This document shows positions 7,692 to 17,294 of a DNA stretch of 64,000 nt, one piece after another (position 1 is the stretch's first letter; each line of letters opens with the position of its first letter). Under the pieces are notes generated by a model that worked only from the letters and a program-made list of their open reading frames with translations, was not told the DNA's origin and ran no database searches. The translations under genes and the position numbers were made by a program. The stretch spans positions 1 through 64,000 of the IMG/VR virus record IMGVR_UViG_3300046002_004036; one strand, written 5' to 3'. This DNA is from a virus.

Positions 7692-9385
7692 TGACACTTA
7701 ATTACTCAAACATATTGGGCGGAATACAACAAGGAAATACTGCATCTAGACCAACCGATCCTGATAATGGACTACTATACTATAATACAGAATTAACTTA
7801 TTTTGAAAGTTTTGTAGGTGGGGCATGGTTTCCAATTGCAGCTCCTCCAGCCGTACCAACTTCTGTTATCCCTACAAATGCGGGAACTGGAAGAGCCTAT
7901 AATAATGGGTCGGCATCAATAGCATTTACACCATCAACTATTGGTGGATATCCAACATCCTATATAGTTACTCCTACACCTGCAACTTCACCAACAACTT
8001 TTACTGCAGCTTCCAGCCCAATTGTTGTAACTGGACTTGCTTCAAGTACACAGTACACATATGTGGCACAAAGCAGCAGCGCATACGGAACATCTGGAAA
8101 TTCAACAGTATCTTCAGCAGTTACTGCAACAACTGTGCCACAGGCACCTACAATTGGAGCAGCATCTGCTGCAGCTGGATATACAGCTCAAGTAACATAT
8201 ACAGCAGGAGCAACTGGAGGCGCAGTCGCTACATATACTGCAACATCTACTCCAGGATCACTTACAGGTACTGGCACAAGCCCAATTACTGTCGCTGGAC
8301 TAACAAACGGCACTGCATATACATTTACAGTTACAGCAACTAATGCAAATGGAACATCTTTGCAAAGCGCTGCATCAAATTCAATAACAGCAGAATTAGC
8401 ACCAATCCCTAGCTACCTTGCAGTTGGCAACTACAGTACACCTTATATATATGCTGCATCTTTTTCTAAAGGTGGTGGAGTAAGTTCAGCTTTTGCTAAT
8501 CCTGCTTCATTGCCTGCAAATATAACATCTAATGTTGAATTTAATTCAGATAGTTCAAGACTTGCTTATGCAGATAATCAATCCCCATACTTAGTATACA
8601 ACTATGGATTCTCTGCATCTGGATTTGGAACTAAAAGCGCTTCTGCAACTTTAGCTCAGGTTAAAGCTGCAGGCGGTTATGAATCTTCTATTATGAATAA
8701 AGCAAAAACTATATCAATCTGGGGTGATGGTAATTTTAGAGTAGTTTCAATTCCATTTACTGGAGCAGGATTTGGTACGGGTAACGTAAATATTCTTGGT
8801 GGCAACGGCTGCATGGCTTTAGAAATGAATTCAAATGATACTGTACTTTTTGCTGGAGGATCTACAACACAATTGACTGCTGTAAATTATTCTAATTCAA
8901 CTTATGCTGGTACTGCTTTTACTGCTCCCGCTAGCATGCCTGCATCAGGTACTACTTATGGTATATCAATAAATTCAACTGAAAATGTTGTTGCATTTGC
9001 TACAGTAAATTTAAAAAATATTTATTCATATGCTTGGTCAAACTCAACTGGATGGGGAACTAAATATACTGATACCGTATCTAGTTCTTCAAGTATAGGA
9101 AGAGTGGCTCAGTTTAGCGGTGATGGAAACTATCTTTTTGCGGGTTGCGACAATGGCCTTTATCAATTTCCTTTTTCAGTAGGATCAGGATTTGGCACTA
9201 GAGTAACTACTGCAATTGGAGCTACAAATTCTGCAAGATTTAATACTGCAAAAGACACACTTGCAGTTACTTCTTATTCTGCTGGTTTTAAAGTGTATCC
9301 CTGGACTGGTACTGAATTTGGGACTAGATATTCTGGTGGAACATTGCCTACTACAGGACAACAGAGACTAGCATTCTCAGGATAA
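7691..9385 (+). CDS. virion appendage/adhesin: N-terminal anchor, 2x FN3, beta-propeller
   Basis: GNTASRP..YYNT; two FN3 (GLTNGTAYTFTVTATN); ~45-aa WSxxxGxGTKY blades. Confidence 0.8.
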   Translation: MTLNYSNILGGIQQGNTASRPTDPDNGLLYYNTELTYFESFVGGAWFPIAAPPAVPTSVIPTNAGTGRAYNNGSASIAFTPSTIGGYPTSYIVTPTPATSPTTFTAASSPIVVTGLASSTQYTYVAQSSSAYGTSGNSTVSSAVTATTVPQAPTIGAASAAAGYTAQVTYTAGATGGAVATYTATSTPGSLTGTGTSPITVAGLTNGTAYTFTVTATNANGTSLQSAASNSITAELAPIPSYLAVGNYSTPYIYAASFSKGGGVSSAFANPASLPANITSNVEFNSDSSRLAYADNQSPYLVYNYGFSASGFGTKSASATLAQVKAAGGYESSIMNKAKTISIWGDGNFRVVSIPFTGAGFGTGNVNILGGNGCMALEMNSNDTVLFAGGSTTQLTAVNYSNSTYAGTAFTAPASMPASGTTYGISINSTENVVAFATVNLKNIYSYAWSNSTGWGTKYTDTVSSSSSIGRVAQFSGDGNYLFAGCDNGLYQFPFSVGSGFGTRVTTAIGATNSARFNTAKDTLAVTSYSAGFKVYPWTGTEFGTRYSGGTLPTTGQQRLAFSG

Positions 9386-9457
9386 CTTACAAAACATATT
9401 GACTATAACTAAAAAGATGATATACTAATAATCTACAGATAGGAAGGAAGTACAAAA

Positions 9458-9742
9458 ATGTCAGATTTAACACCGTACCAAATGAGAGAGCAAGAAGTTG
9501 CTGCATATAAAGCTAATATTGATACTTATACAGCAATTATTAATTCAATTGAAGGAACATGGGATGCCGACCTTGTTCAATTTAAAGATATGGATCCACA
9601 TACTGCAGCAGGACAATGCTCATTAGAGCGTATTGAGCGCCTAGCAGAATTGCAATTGCATGATCGTATGCAATACCTTGTCCGCACAGAAACAATTGAG
9701 TGGTTCAAGTCAAAATCAATTCTTGCAACAATGACTCCATAG
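9458..9742 (+). CDS. hypothetical helical protein
   Basis: GGAAGG RBS. Confidence 0.8.
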   Translation: MSDLTPYQMREQEVAAYKANIDTYTAIINSIEGTWDADLVQFKDMDPHTAAGQCSLERIERLAELQLHDRMQYLVRTETIEWFKSKSILATMTP

Positions 9743-9948
9743 GCTATACAATATTTATTTAATATAATAGATTGGTTTGTCAATAGCCCTGTCGTCACCA
9801 ATAATGACACGACCAGATTTTTCCATATCTAATAGGATAGGATTAACCTGACCATAGACTATCGGGATCAATGGGGAACTACATTTTGTACATATAATTT
9901 AATCATACCACACTTGCAGCCAAACCCAAAGTTTGCTATACTAAGTAT

Positions 9949-10074
9949 ATGAAAAACACTTATAAATGTCCAGATTGCAAAACCTCTATAGTTATTACTA
10001 CTAAGGTTCATGAGTTACCAGAATCAATTATATGCCCTTGCGAAACGGTAATGCCTCTCAATTCTTCTAAATAA
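9949..10074 (+). CDS. zinc-ribbon microprotein (41 aa), leaderless
   Basis: YKCPDC...CPC; TATACT-N6-ATG. Confidence 0.7.
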   Translation: MKNTYKCPDCKTSIVITTKVHELPESIICPCETVMPLNSSK

Positions 10075-10110
10075 ATGATATAATGTTATTATCTAATTTA
10101 GGAGTAATTA

Positions 10111-10536
10111 ATGGCTCAAAACTTTTTTCCACTAAATCAAACAGGTACAGGATCAACTGTACTTAACACCTCTCCAACTCTTGCAACACCTATTATTAGT
10201 TCACCTAAAATCTCTAGCACTTATAGTGCTAAGACTGCTGCATATACATTTGCATCTGGCGATGAAGGTAACATCTTCTCAATGAACAACGCTGCATCTG
10301 TGCAGTTCAACATTCCTACCGATGCTACGTTCAACTTTGCAGTTGGTACTGAGTTTACAGTCTTTTGGACAACTGGTGCAGGTCAACCTACTATTGGTGC
10401 AGCAACTCCAGGCACAACAACTGTTATTTCAACTGGTGCTACTAGTGCCACACCTAAACTTCGTGTAGCCAACTCTGGTGCAACTTGCAAGAAAATTGCA
10501 GCCGACTCTTGGATTGTTTTTGGAGACCTTGCCTAA
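10111..10536 (+). CDS. small virion-appendage/tail-fibre-type protein
   Basis: TGSTVLNTSPTL...IPTDATFNFAVGT...WIVFGDLA motif; AGGAG RBS. Confidence 0.75.
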   Translation: MAQNFFPLNQTGTGSTVLNTSPTLATPIISSPKISSTYSAKTAAYTFASGDEGNIFSMNNAASVQFNIPTDATFNFAVGTEFTVFWTTGAGQPTIGAATPGTTTVISTGATSATPKLRVANSGATCKKIAADSWIVFGDLA

Positions 10537-11618
10537 TGCCAATGCTAGGAATTATGGCTTCAGCACTTTCTAGTATACCTCGTAGTTTAGGTTTAGTAGG
10601 ATATGCGTATCAAAGCGCAGCCAATGCAGTAGCCGCAAACATATACCCTTTGACAGCAAGTGCAGGTTTTGGTACTAAATATACCAATGCTTCATGGAGT
10701 CCTTTTGTTGGTAACGGGACTAATTTGAGTTCTACGCCAGATTTCAAATACATTGCGTCTGGTAGTACTAATCAACCTAACTCTGTTTTGAATTGGTCTT
10801 TTACTTCTGGCGGTGGTTGGGGTTCTCAACTTGCTCTTGGAACAGATGCCGCAACATACAGAAACAGAGTAACAACGTTTAGCGACAATTCTGCTTATTT
10901 TTCAATGTCAAGTTTTGACCCTTATTCAGGTGTTAGTTCTCCAAGAACTTATACATATACAAGTGCAGGAATGGGAAGTAAATACGCTGACCCTGCGGGA
11001 ACATATGGACCACTTGATGGTGGTGTTTCTACTAGCGTGGTATTTAGTCATTCAGGAACTGTATTGATTTCTGGTGCAAGTAAAGATGTTGTAGGTACAA
11101 GGTCAATTTTTAGTTGGCCGTGGAGTGCAAGTGGATATGGAACTAGAATGGCTGGTCCGCCAAATACTTTTTTTGACGTGACTCATCTAGCAAATATAAA
11201 TTATCAAGATACTTATGTTGTTGTAAGTGCTGATGGTTCATCTGGCGCACCATATAGTCAAGTTTATGCTTGGTCAAACTCATCAGGATTTGGAAGCGCA
11301 ATTAGTTCTCCAACCGTAACAGGTGCTACTGCTTCAAAAGGCGCAGGTTGGAATCGTGCAGGAACCGCTTTGGGAGTTCAATACAATGTTCTTGGTCCCA
11401 AGATATATGCTTGGTCGTCAGCAGGATACGGAACCGCTTACACAACAAGTTTGAGCGGTTTGGAATTTTCTCATTGGAATGTAGGAGATTCCATTATGAC
11501 TATGGGTGGCGGAAATGCTTTTCCTTGGTCAGACGCATCAGGTGTCGGAACACAATTTACTGCCCCTTCACCATCAGTTCCCGCCAACTATCAGGCTTTC
11601 GGAACGATAATTTCATGA
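10536..11618 (+). CDS. beta-propeller adhesin-like protein
   Basis: MPMLGIMAS start; repeated (F/Y)xWSxxxGxGT blades like those in 7691..9385. Confidence 0.75.
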   Translation: MPMLGIMASALSSIPRSLGLVGYAYQSAANAVAANIYPLTASAGFGTKYTNASWSPFVGNGTNLSSTPDFKYIASGSTNQPNSVLNWSFTSGGGWGSQLALGTDAATYRNRVTTFSDNSAYFSMSSFDPYSGVSSPRTYTYTSAGMGSKYADPAGTYGPLDGGVSTSVVFSHSGTVLISGASKDVVGTRSIFSWPWSASGYGTRMAGPPNTFFDVTHLANINYQDTYVVVSADGSSGAPYSQVYAWSNSSGFGSAISSPTVTGATASKGAGWNRAGTALGVQYNVLGPKIYAWSSAGYGTAYTTSLSGLEFSHWNVGDSIMTMGGGNAFPWSDASGVGTQFTAPSPSVPANYQAFGTIIS

Positions 11619-11776
11619 AACGTGCAATATACGGCGCAGTCGCCGCAGCAACTGCTGCTGGTGGTTTAGGTGGTGGAGGAACAAACTACGGCGGTGGCGG
11701 TGGTGGTGGTTCTGGTATTACTAATACTACTGGTGGTGCGGGTGCTCCTGGCGTTGTTCGTATTGTCAAATACTAA
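11615..11776 (+). pseudogene. remnant of a glycine-rich virion domain (53 aa)
   Basis: GGGGGGS...GGAGAPGVVRIVKY is the typical C-terminus of phage Gly-rich domains; N-terminal part missing. Confidence 0.55.
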
Positions 11777-11884
11777 ATAAATAATTGGATACATTTGTAA
11801 GCAGTCTTATACCCCTGTTTAGGGATATAGATGATGCAGTAGATCAATATTGACAAACCTCCCAACCTCTGATACACTTATATC

Positions 11885-12094
11885 ATGTGGTCGTGGGTAT
11901 TAGCCTGTATAGGCATTTTGGGGATATTTCTTGTTGGTCGTAAGACCGTATGGGGATGGCTTATTCTTTGCGCTAATGAATGCCTTTGGATTGCCTATGC
12001 CCTTAGTACAAAACAATATGGATTTATTTTTATGGCTGTAGCATATGCTGCGGTATATATTAAATCATTTATACATTGGAGAAAAGATGTCTGA
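11885..12094 (+). CDS. PnuC-like small membrane protein, leaderless
   Basis: 3 TM helices, GRKxxWGW..NE.LWI.Y..QYG; TTGACA-17-TACACT-N6-ATG. Confidence 0.75.
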   Translation: MWSWVLACIGILGIFLVGRKTVWGWLILCANECLWIAYALSTKQYGFIFMAVAYAAVYIKSFIHWRKDV

Positions 12095-12317
12095 TTGGAC
12101 AGATGAATTAACGGATAAACAAAAGAATAACATTATGGATCTTATTGTTACTACTGTTAAAGAAATTAGAACTCAGATGGATCAAGATATTTTATTTACC
12201 CAGCAAATTTGGGAACGTAAAGGGTTTTTAAAGAGTCGCAGGACTCGTAAAGCTTTTGATGCATGCCGTTCAATTGTGCAAGGTAAAAATGAAGTGTTTG
12301 AAGATAGTAATGGCTAA
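12087..12317 (+). CDS. hypothetical protein
   Basis: GGAG RBS before ATG 12087. Confidence 0.75.
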   Translation: MSDWTDELTDKQKNNIMDLIVTTVKEIRTQMDQDILFTQQIWERKGFLKSRRTRKAFDACRSIVQGKNEVFEDSNG

Positions 12318-12335
12318 TTTAAAACCTAAAACCAA

Positions 12336-12409
12336 GCAGCAGTAGCTTAGTTGGTCAAAGCCCCGAACTCATGATTCGGTAATCGTAGGTTCAAGTCCTA
12401 CCTGCTGTA
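12336..12409 (+). tRNA. tRNA with CAT anticodon (elongator Met or Ile2)
   Basis: GCAGCAG/CTGCTGT acceptor, CCGAA-CTCATGA-TTCGG arm, GTAGG-TTCAAGT-CCTAC T-arm; no encoded CCA. Confidence 0.9.
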
Positions 12410-12412
12410 CTT

Positions 12413-13318
12413 TTAGTACTTACCACCACGGCGTTTGTATTCAGCAACTACCCAAGCATTTGCAACTGCTGATGGATATACTTCAAACTTTGCTTTTGCT
12501 GCAGCTTTTACTCTTGCATATAATTCTTTGTCTTTTGGCTCACCTTTACGTGGTTTAATAATGTTTGCGTAGTTAGGTTTTGCTGCCTTGCCCATTTGTG
12601 CATCATACATTGCCATGCTAACTTCTGAATCCGTATCTTCTTCATCTTCGTATTCCATTGTGTGGCTATTCATATCAACGAGTTCAGCATCTTTATACAT
12701 CATCCCAATACTGTATGCCGTTGGTTCCCACATACCGTCTTCTTCTTCGTAAATTCTAACAGCCATGGCTGGATTTTCTGGAGGCATAGATTGAATAGCA
12801 TACTCAGTTCCAGGAACTCCGTAGACTCCACCTTCAGTCATAATATGTTCAACCATGCCATGAATAATACCTTCAGAGGTACTTCCCATTACAAAGTCGC
12901 CTTCTTTAATCATGTGCTCATTTTTTTCTATAGCAAAAATTGTTGTGAGCATTTCTGCACCACCAATAAACTTACCAAAATCCATAAAGATATCTGATGA
13001 TTCTTTCATCCTATTTACAATTGCTCTTGACCAAGAGAACCCTGCATCTCCGCCCCAAGCATCCCACATGATACGACCATTAGATGGATTAGATGTATTG
13101 TAAAAGTCTTTTCCTTTTTTATCTACTTCATGCCTTGAAAAAAATGAGTACATTCTTTTAACTGTGTCAAGTGACATTGCAGATCCATTAACGATATCTG
13201 TTGCTCTGCCCCAACCTACAGGTGTTCCAGCACCAGTTGCCTTGCCTTCTTCTTTCCATTTTAATGCACGTCGGGCAGCAGACTTCATGCCAGAGTTCGG
13301 GGTATATGTATCAGCCAT
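12413..13318 (-). CDS. multi-domain phage protein with DUF5872-like C-terminus
   Basis: N-terminal VKRMYSFFSRHE..WDAWGG domain; C-terminal LYARVKAAAK..YPSA...EYKRRGGKY. Confidence 0.7.
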   Translation of the reverse strand: MADTYTPNSGMKSAARRALKWKEEGKATGAGTPVGWGRATDIVNGSAMSLDTVKRMYSFFSRHEVDKKGKDFYNTSNPSNGRIMWDAWGGDAGFSWSRAIVNRMKESSDIFMDFGKFIGGAEMLTTIFAIEKNEHMIKEGDFVMGSTSEGIIHGMVEHIMTEGGVYGVPGTEYAIQSMPPENPAMAVRIYEEEDGMWEPTAYSIGMMYKDAELVDMNSHTMEYEDEEDTDSEVSMAMYDAQMGKAAKPNYANIIKPRKGEPKDKELYARVKAAAKAKFEVYPSAVANAWVVAEYKRRGGKY

Positions 13319-13369
13319 CCTAATATTATACTACAGATTGTGGTACAATTATTATAAAAGGGGTGCATT

Positions 13370-14323
13370 TTGGCTAAAATTGTTTTCTTAGGTAACTTTG
13401 GTGTGGACTATAGTAGTGAGAATCATCACGTAAAGTCTTTGGAATCCCTTGGACATACCGTCGTTAAAATGCAGGAACGTGAGGCAAAAAGCCAGCATAT
13501 CCTTGGGGAGTCCTTAGATAGCGATCTATTTATCTGGGTGCATACGCATGGCTGGAATACTCCAGGAAATATTGGTATGGAAGATGTTTTAATCAAACTA
13601 AAAGAAGCAAACATTCCAACAATGACCTATCATCTGGATTTATGGTTTGGAATTGAGCGTCAAAAAGACCTTGAAGAAGATCCATTCTATAAGACCATCG
13701 GACATTTCTTTGCCACAGATAAACTAATGACTGATTGGTTTAACGAAAATACAGAAGTAAAAGGCCACTTTCTGCCTGCTGGGGTATATGATAAAGAATG
13801 TTATGTTCATCCAGCCTACGACAATACCTTTGATTATGATGTTATCTTTGTTGGAAGTAAAGGGTATCATCATGAGTACCCATACCGCCCAGAATTAATA
13901 AACCACTTAAGATCAGTGTATGGCAAACGTTTTCTTCACGTAGGTGGAGATGGAGATACAGGTACAATTCGTGGGGATACATTAAATAAAATTTATGCTC
14001 GCAGCAAGATAGCAATTGGTGATAGCCTTAACATTGGGTTTAATTATCCTTACTATACAAGTGATAGAATGTTTGAGAGTACTGGTCGTGGTGGTTTTAC
14101 TATCTACCCTCGTATTAAAGGCCTTGAAGACTTGTTTACAGATAAAGAGATTGTTTTATATGATCACGGTAACCTAAAAGACTTAGATGAAAAGATTAAT
14201 TATTATCTTGAGAATGATGAAGAACGAGAAAATATTCGTATGGCTGGACACAACAGGACAAAGACTGATCATACCTATGTGCACAGATGGACTACAATTT
14301 TAAAAGAACTGGGCATCAAATGA
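13370..14323 (+). CDS. glycosyltransferase (CgeB/GT-B type)
   Basis: DVIFVGS...SDRMFE..GRGGF...HTYVHR. Confidence 0.85.
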   Translation: MAKIVFLGNFGVDYSSENHHVKSLESLGHTVVKMQEREAKSQHILGESLDSDLFIWVHTHGWNTPGNIGMEDVLIKLKEANIPTMTYHLDLWFGIERQKDLEEDPFYKTIGHFFATDKLMTDWFNENTEVKGHFLPAGVYDKECYVHPAYDNTFDYDVIFVGSKGYHHEYPYRPELINHLRSVYGKRFLHVGGDGDTGTIRGDTLNKIYARSKIAIGDSLNIGFNYPYYTSDRMFESTGRGGFTIYPRIKGLEDLFTDKEIVLYDHGNLKDLDEKINYYLENDEERENIRMAGHNRTKTDHTYVHRWTTILKELGIK

Positions 14324-15204
14324 ATTGCTTAGTAACTGGAGGAGCGGGATTTATTGGATCCAACCTTGTTGATAAGTTAATTAGTATTGGTCACGATGTT
14401 GTTTGTATTGATGATGAGTCTGCAGAATGTCATGAGCGGTTCTATTGGAATGATAGAGCACAAAACTATAAGTATGACATTTGTGATTATGATCTGATTG
14501 CCCCACTCTTTAAAGATATTGATTGCGTATTTCACGTTGCATCTGATGCAAGAATACAGCCAGCAATACTAAATCCTAAAAAATCTATTCAATCAAACGC
14601 AGTGGGAACAGCCAATGTTCTTGAACTTTGTAGGGTCAATAATGTAGATAGATTAATCTATTCAAGCACATCTTCTTCTTATGGGAAAAAAGCCCTACTT
14701 CCAAACCAAGAAACACAATCACCTGATCCATTGACCCCATACTCTGCTGCCAAAGTTTTTGGTGAAAACCTTGCAAGAGTTTACTATAATCTTTATGGTC
14801 TTGAGACTATATCACTTAGATATTTTAATGTTTATGGAGATAGGCAGCCACTTAAAGGTCAGTATGCGCCAGTAATAGGACTATTTTTAAAACAATGCCA
14901 CGAAGGAAAGCCATTAACAGTTGTTGGAGATGGATCTCAGCGCAGAGACTTTACGCATATCTCTGATGTGGTAGAAGCAAACATACTTGCATCTGAAGCA
15001 AGTCATGGCTTTGGTGAGGTATATAACATTGGGTATGGAAGTAACTATTCTATAATTGATATTGCTAATATGATTTCAAATGATGTTAAGTTTATCCCGT
15101 CAAGAATTGGGGAAGTGCAAGAAACTCTTGCATCAAATCAAAAGTTTAAAGATTTAACTGGTTGGATGCCAAAAGTATCCCTTATGGAATGGATACAAAA
15201 ATGA
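14320..15204 (+). CDS. NAD-dependent nucleotide-sugar epimerase/dehydratase
   Basis: TGGAGFIGS, YSAAK, LRYFNVYG, GDGSQRRDF. Confidence 0.95.
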   Translation: MNCLVTGGAGFIGSNLVDKLISIGHDVVCIDDESAECHERFYWNDRAQNYKYDICDYDLIAPLFKDIDCVFHVASDARIQPAILNPKKSIQSNAVGTANVLELCRVNNVDRLIYSSTSSSYGKKALLPNQETQSPDPLTPYSAAKVFGENLARVYYNLYGLETISLRYFNVYGDRQPLKGQYAPVIGLFLKQCHEGKPLTVVGDGSQRRDFTHISDVVEANILASEASHGFGEVYNIGYGSNYSIIDIANMISNDVKFIPSRIGEVQETLASNQKFKDLTGWMPKVSLMEWIQK

Positions 15205-15914
15205 CAGAAATGGTTAAAGCAGTTTTAAACGGAGAGTTTGAAATGATCTTGCCTAAGCATCGTGCAGATAGACCAGAGTGGTATCTGCCAAGTGGTTGGG
15301 AGAAGCCTAGACTAAAGTCAATGCATGATAATCTTGGCAATGGTGATATTGTTTATTATGTTGGTGCAGAAGAAGGAGAGTTCCCAGCACTGTGTCAAAT
15401 GTGGGGAGCAGAAGTAGTATTGTTTGAGCCAAATCCTAAAGTTTGGTCACACTTTCCTGCAACTTGGACAGCAAACAACCTAGAACTTCCTATGGTATGT
15501 ATTCCTGGATTCGCATCTGACAAGATAAATAAACTTTCTAGAATATATTACAATGAATGGCCTCCAGAGGTTAACGATGTAATTGAAGCAGCACATGGCT
15601 TTAAAGAGTTATATCTTGAAGGAGATACCTATGGTCAGATCACAATAGATTCTTGTGTTTATGACCATGGTATTAAGCCACCTACCGCCATTTCATTGGA
15701 CGTAGAAGGTAGTGAATGGAGGGTTCTAGGAGGGGCTGAGAGGGTGCTTAGAGAACACAAACCAAAGATCTGGCTATCTGGACACCCTGAGTTTATGTTA
15801 CAGCAATGGGATGAATCTTTATATAATCTTAGACAGTGGATCAAGGGATTAGGATATATTGAAATAATTTTAGACTATCAGCATGAGGTGCATCTTTATT
15901 ATGAATCATGCTAA
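15201..15914 (+). CDS. FkbM-family methyltransferase
   Basis: VGAEEG, FEPNP, LDVEGSEWRVLGGA. Confidence 0.85.
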   Translation: MTEMVKAVLNGEFEMILPKHRADRPEWYLPSGWEKPRLKSMHDNLGNGDIVYYVGAEEGEFPALCQMWGAEVVLFEPNPKVWSHFPATWTANNLELPMVCIPGFASDKINKLSRIYYNEWPPEVNDVIEAAHGFKELYLEGDTYGQITIDSCVYDHGIKPPTAISLDVEGSEWRVLGGAERVLREHKPKIWLSGHPEFMLQQWDESLYNLRQWIKGLGYIEIILDYQHEVHLYYESC

Positions 15915-16449
15915 AACTTTTTGGGATAACGCTGCTAAAGATCCAGATGTAAGGTATAAGTATATTGCAGATGAGTGGGCAACTACGGAAACATTTTTGG
16001 ATCTTATAAAAAATAATAATCACGAATGGAATAGTGTTTTAGAAATTGGTTGCGGAATAGGCAGACTGCTAGTTCCTTTTGCAGATATGCACAAAGAGTG
16101 TAACTTTTATGGGATAGACATATCTGATGAAATGATAAACCTTGCACCTAAAAGAGATAATATAAAGTATCAAGAACTTGCAGACAACCTTGATCTTGTA
16201 TATTCAATGTTAGTCTTTCAACATATTGAACACCAAGAAAAGATTAACTACATAAAACTTGCTTATGAAAAATTAAAAGTTGATGGTATTTTATTCTTTC
16301 AGTTTGTTGTTGGGGAAGAGAACTCTCCATACTCTTATCAAACATCAAGGTTTGAAATTGAAAAAATGCTGAGTAGTGCAGGATTTAAAAACTTAATCTT
16401 TACAGATCATATGCATCCTGAGTGGATGTTTGTTAGGGCTACAAAATGA
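15901..16449 (+). CDS. class I SAM-dependent methyltransferase
   Basis: VLEIGCGIGR, GIDIS, VFQHI. Confidence 0.9.
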   Translation: MNHAKTFWDNAAKDPDVRYKYIADEWATTETFLDLIKNNNHEWNSVLEIGCGIGRLLVPFADMHKECNFYGIDISDEMINLAPKRDNIKYQELADNLDLVYSMLVFQHIEHQEKINYIKLAYEKLKVDGILFFQFVVGEENSPYSYQTSRFEIEKMLSSAGFKNLIFTDHMHPEWMFVRATK

Positions 16450-17294
16450 CTAATGCATACATATATTCTATTGATCCGCTTGATGCTGCGGATGGCAAAT
16501 GGGACTATGGATTACTTAAAGAAACATTTGAAAAAAATAATGTTAGTCAGATAGTTGTAAAAGAAATACCAAAAGCAGATCGTGGGTTTGTTGTTATTCC
16601 TGGACAAGGTAATGCTGGAAAAGAAGATGCAATATCCAAACAATTAAAAAACCTTGATAGGGCTGTTCTATTTATTACTGGTGATGAATGTGCATTTTTT
16701 GATGTAGATAAAATTGATCATCCTAATATATCTATTTGGATTCACTATGCACACAAAAAACATGAAAAATATAATAAGTTTTTTATTGGTGTGCCCCAAC
16801 ATTTAAAGTCTAACTTGCCTGATTATCCTGTTAAAGAATATGATATTTATTTTGGTGGACAGATAACTCATCAGCGTAGAAAGCAGTTGTCCGAAGTCAT
16901 GCCAAACCTTCCTAATGCCCTTTATAGGCCCACAGAGGGCTTTGCACAGGGCGAGCAGCCTAAAGACTACTACAAGACTCTATCAAAGGCTAAGGTTGTT
17001 CCAGCCCCTGCTGGTGCCCAAGTTATAGACACCTTTAGATTCTTTGAGGCTATTGAAATGTTGGCTTTGCCTATTGGTGATCGTGTTGATTCTAAAGGTG
17101 AAATGATTGATTATTTTAACTATGTTTATCCCGCAGGAATTCCAATTGAAAAAGTTAAAAACTGGAACCAACTGCAAGAAATGCTTCCTAATCTTATTAA
17201 TAATTACCCAAATAATATGCATCAGGTTGTGTGTTGGTGGATTAAATATAAAAGAGATTTTTCTATTAAAGTAATGAAGGATCTGTATGAATAA
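16446..17294 (+). CDS. putative glycosyltransferase (exostosin/GT47-like)
   Basis: IYFGGQ..H.RR, PAPAG...TFRFFEAI. Confidence 0.65.
   Translation: MTNAYIYSIDPLDAADGKWDYGLLKETFEKNNVSQIVVKEIPKADRGFVVIPGQGNAGKEDAISKQLKNLDRAVLFITGDECAFFDVDKIDHPNISIWIHYAHKKHEKYNKFFIGVPQHLKSNLPDYPVKEYDIYFGGQITHQRRKQLSEVMPNLPNALYRPTEGFAQGEQPKDYYKTLSKAKVVPAPAGAQVIDTFRFFEAIEMLALPIGDRVDSKGEMIDYFNYVYPAGIPIEKVKNWNQLQEMLPNLINNYPNNMHQVVCWWIKYKRDFSIKVMKDLYE

Noticed and set aside
11348-11614. Long 5' extension of the Gly-rich ORF
   Set aside because: It overlaps the propeller gene out of frame; the ATGA overlap at 11615 is the plausible start.
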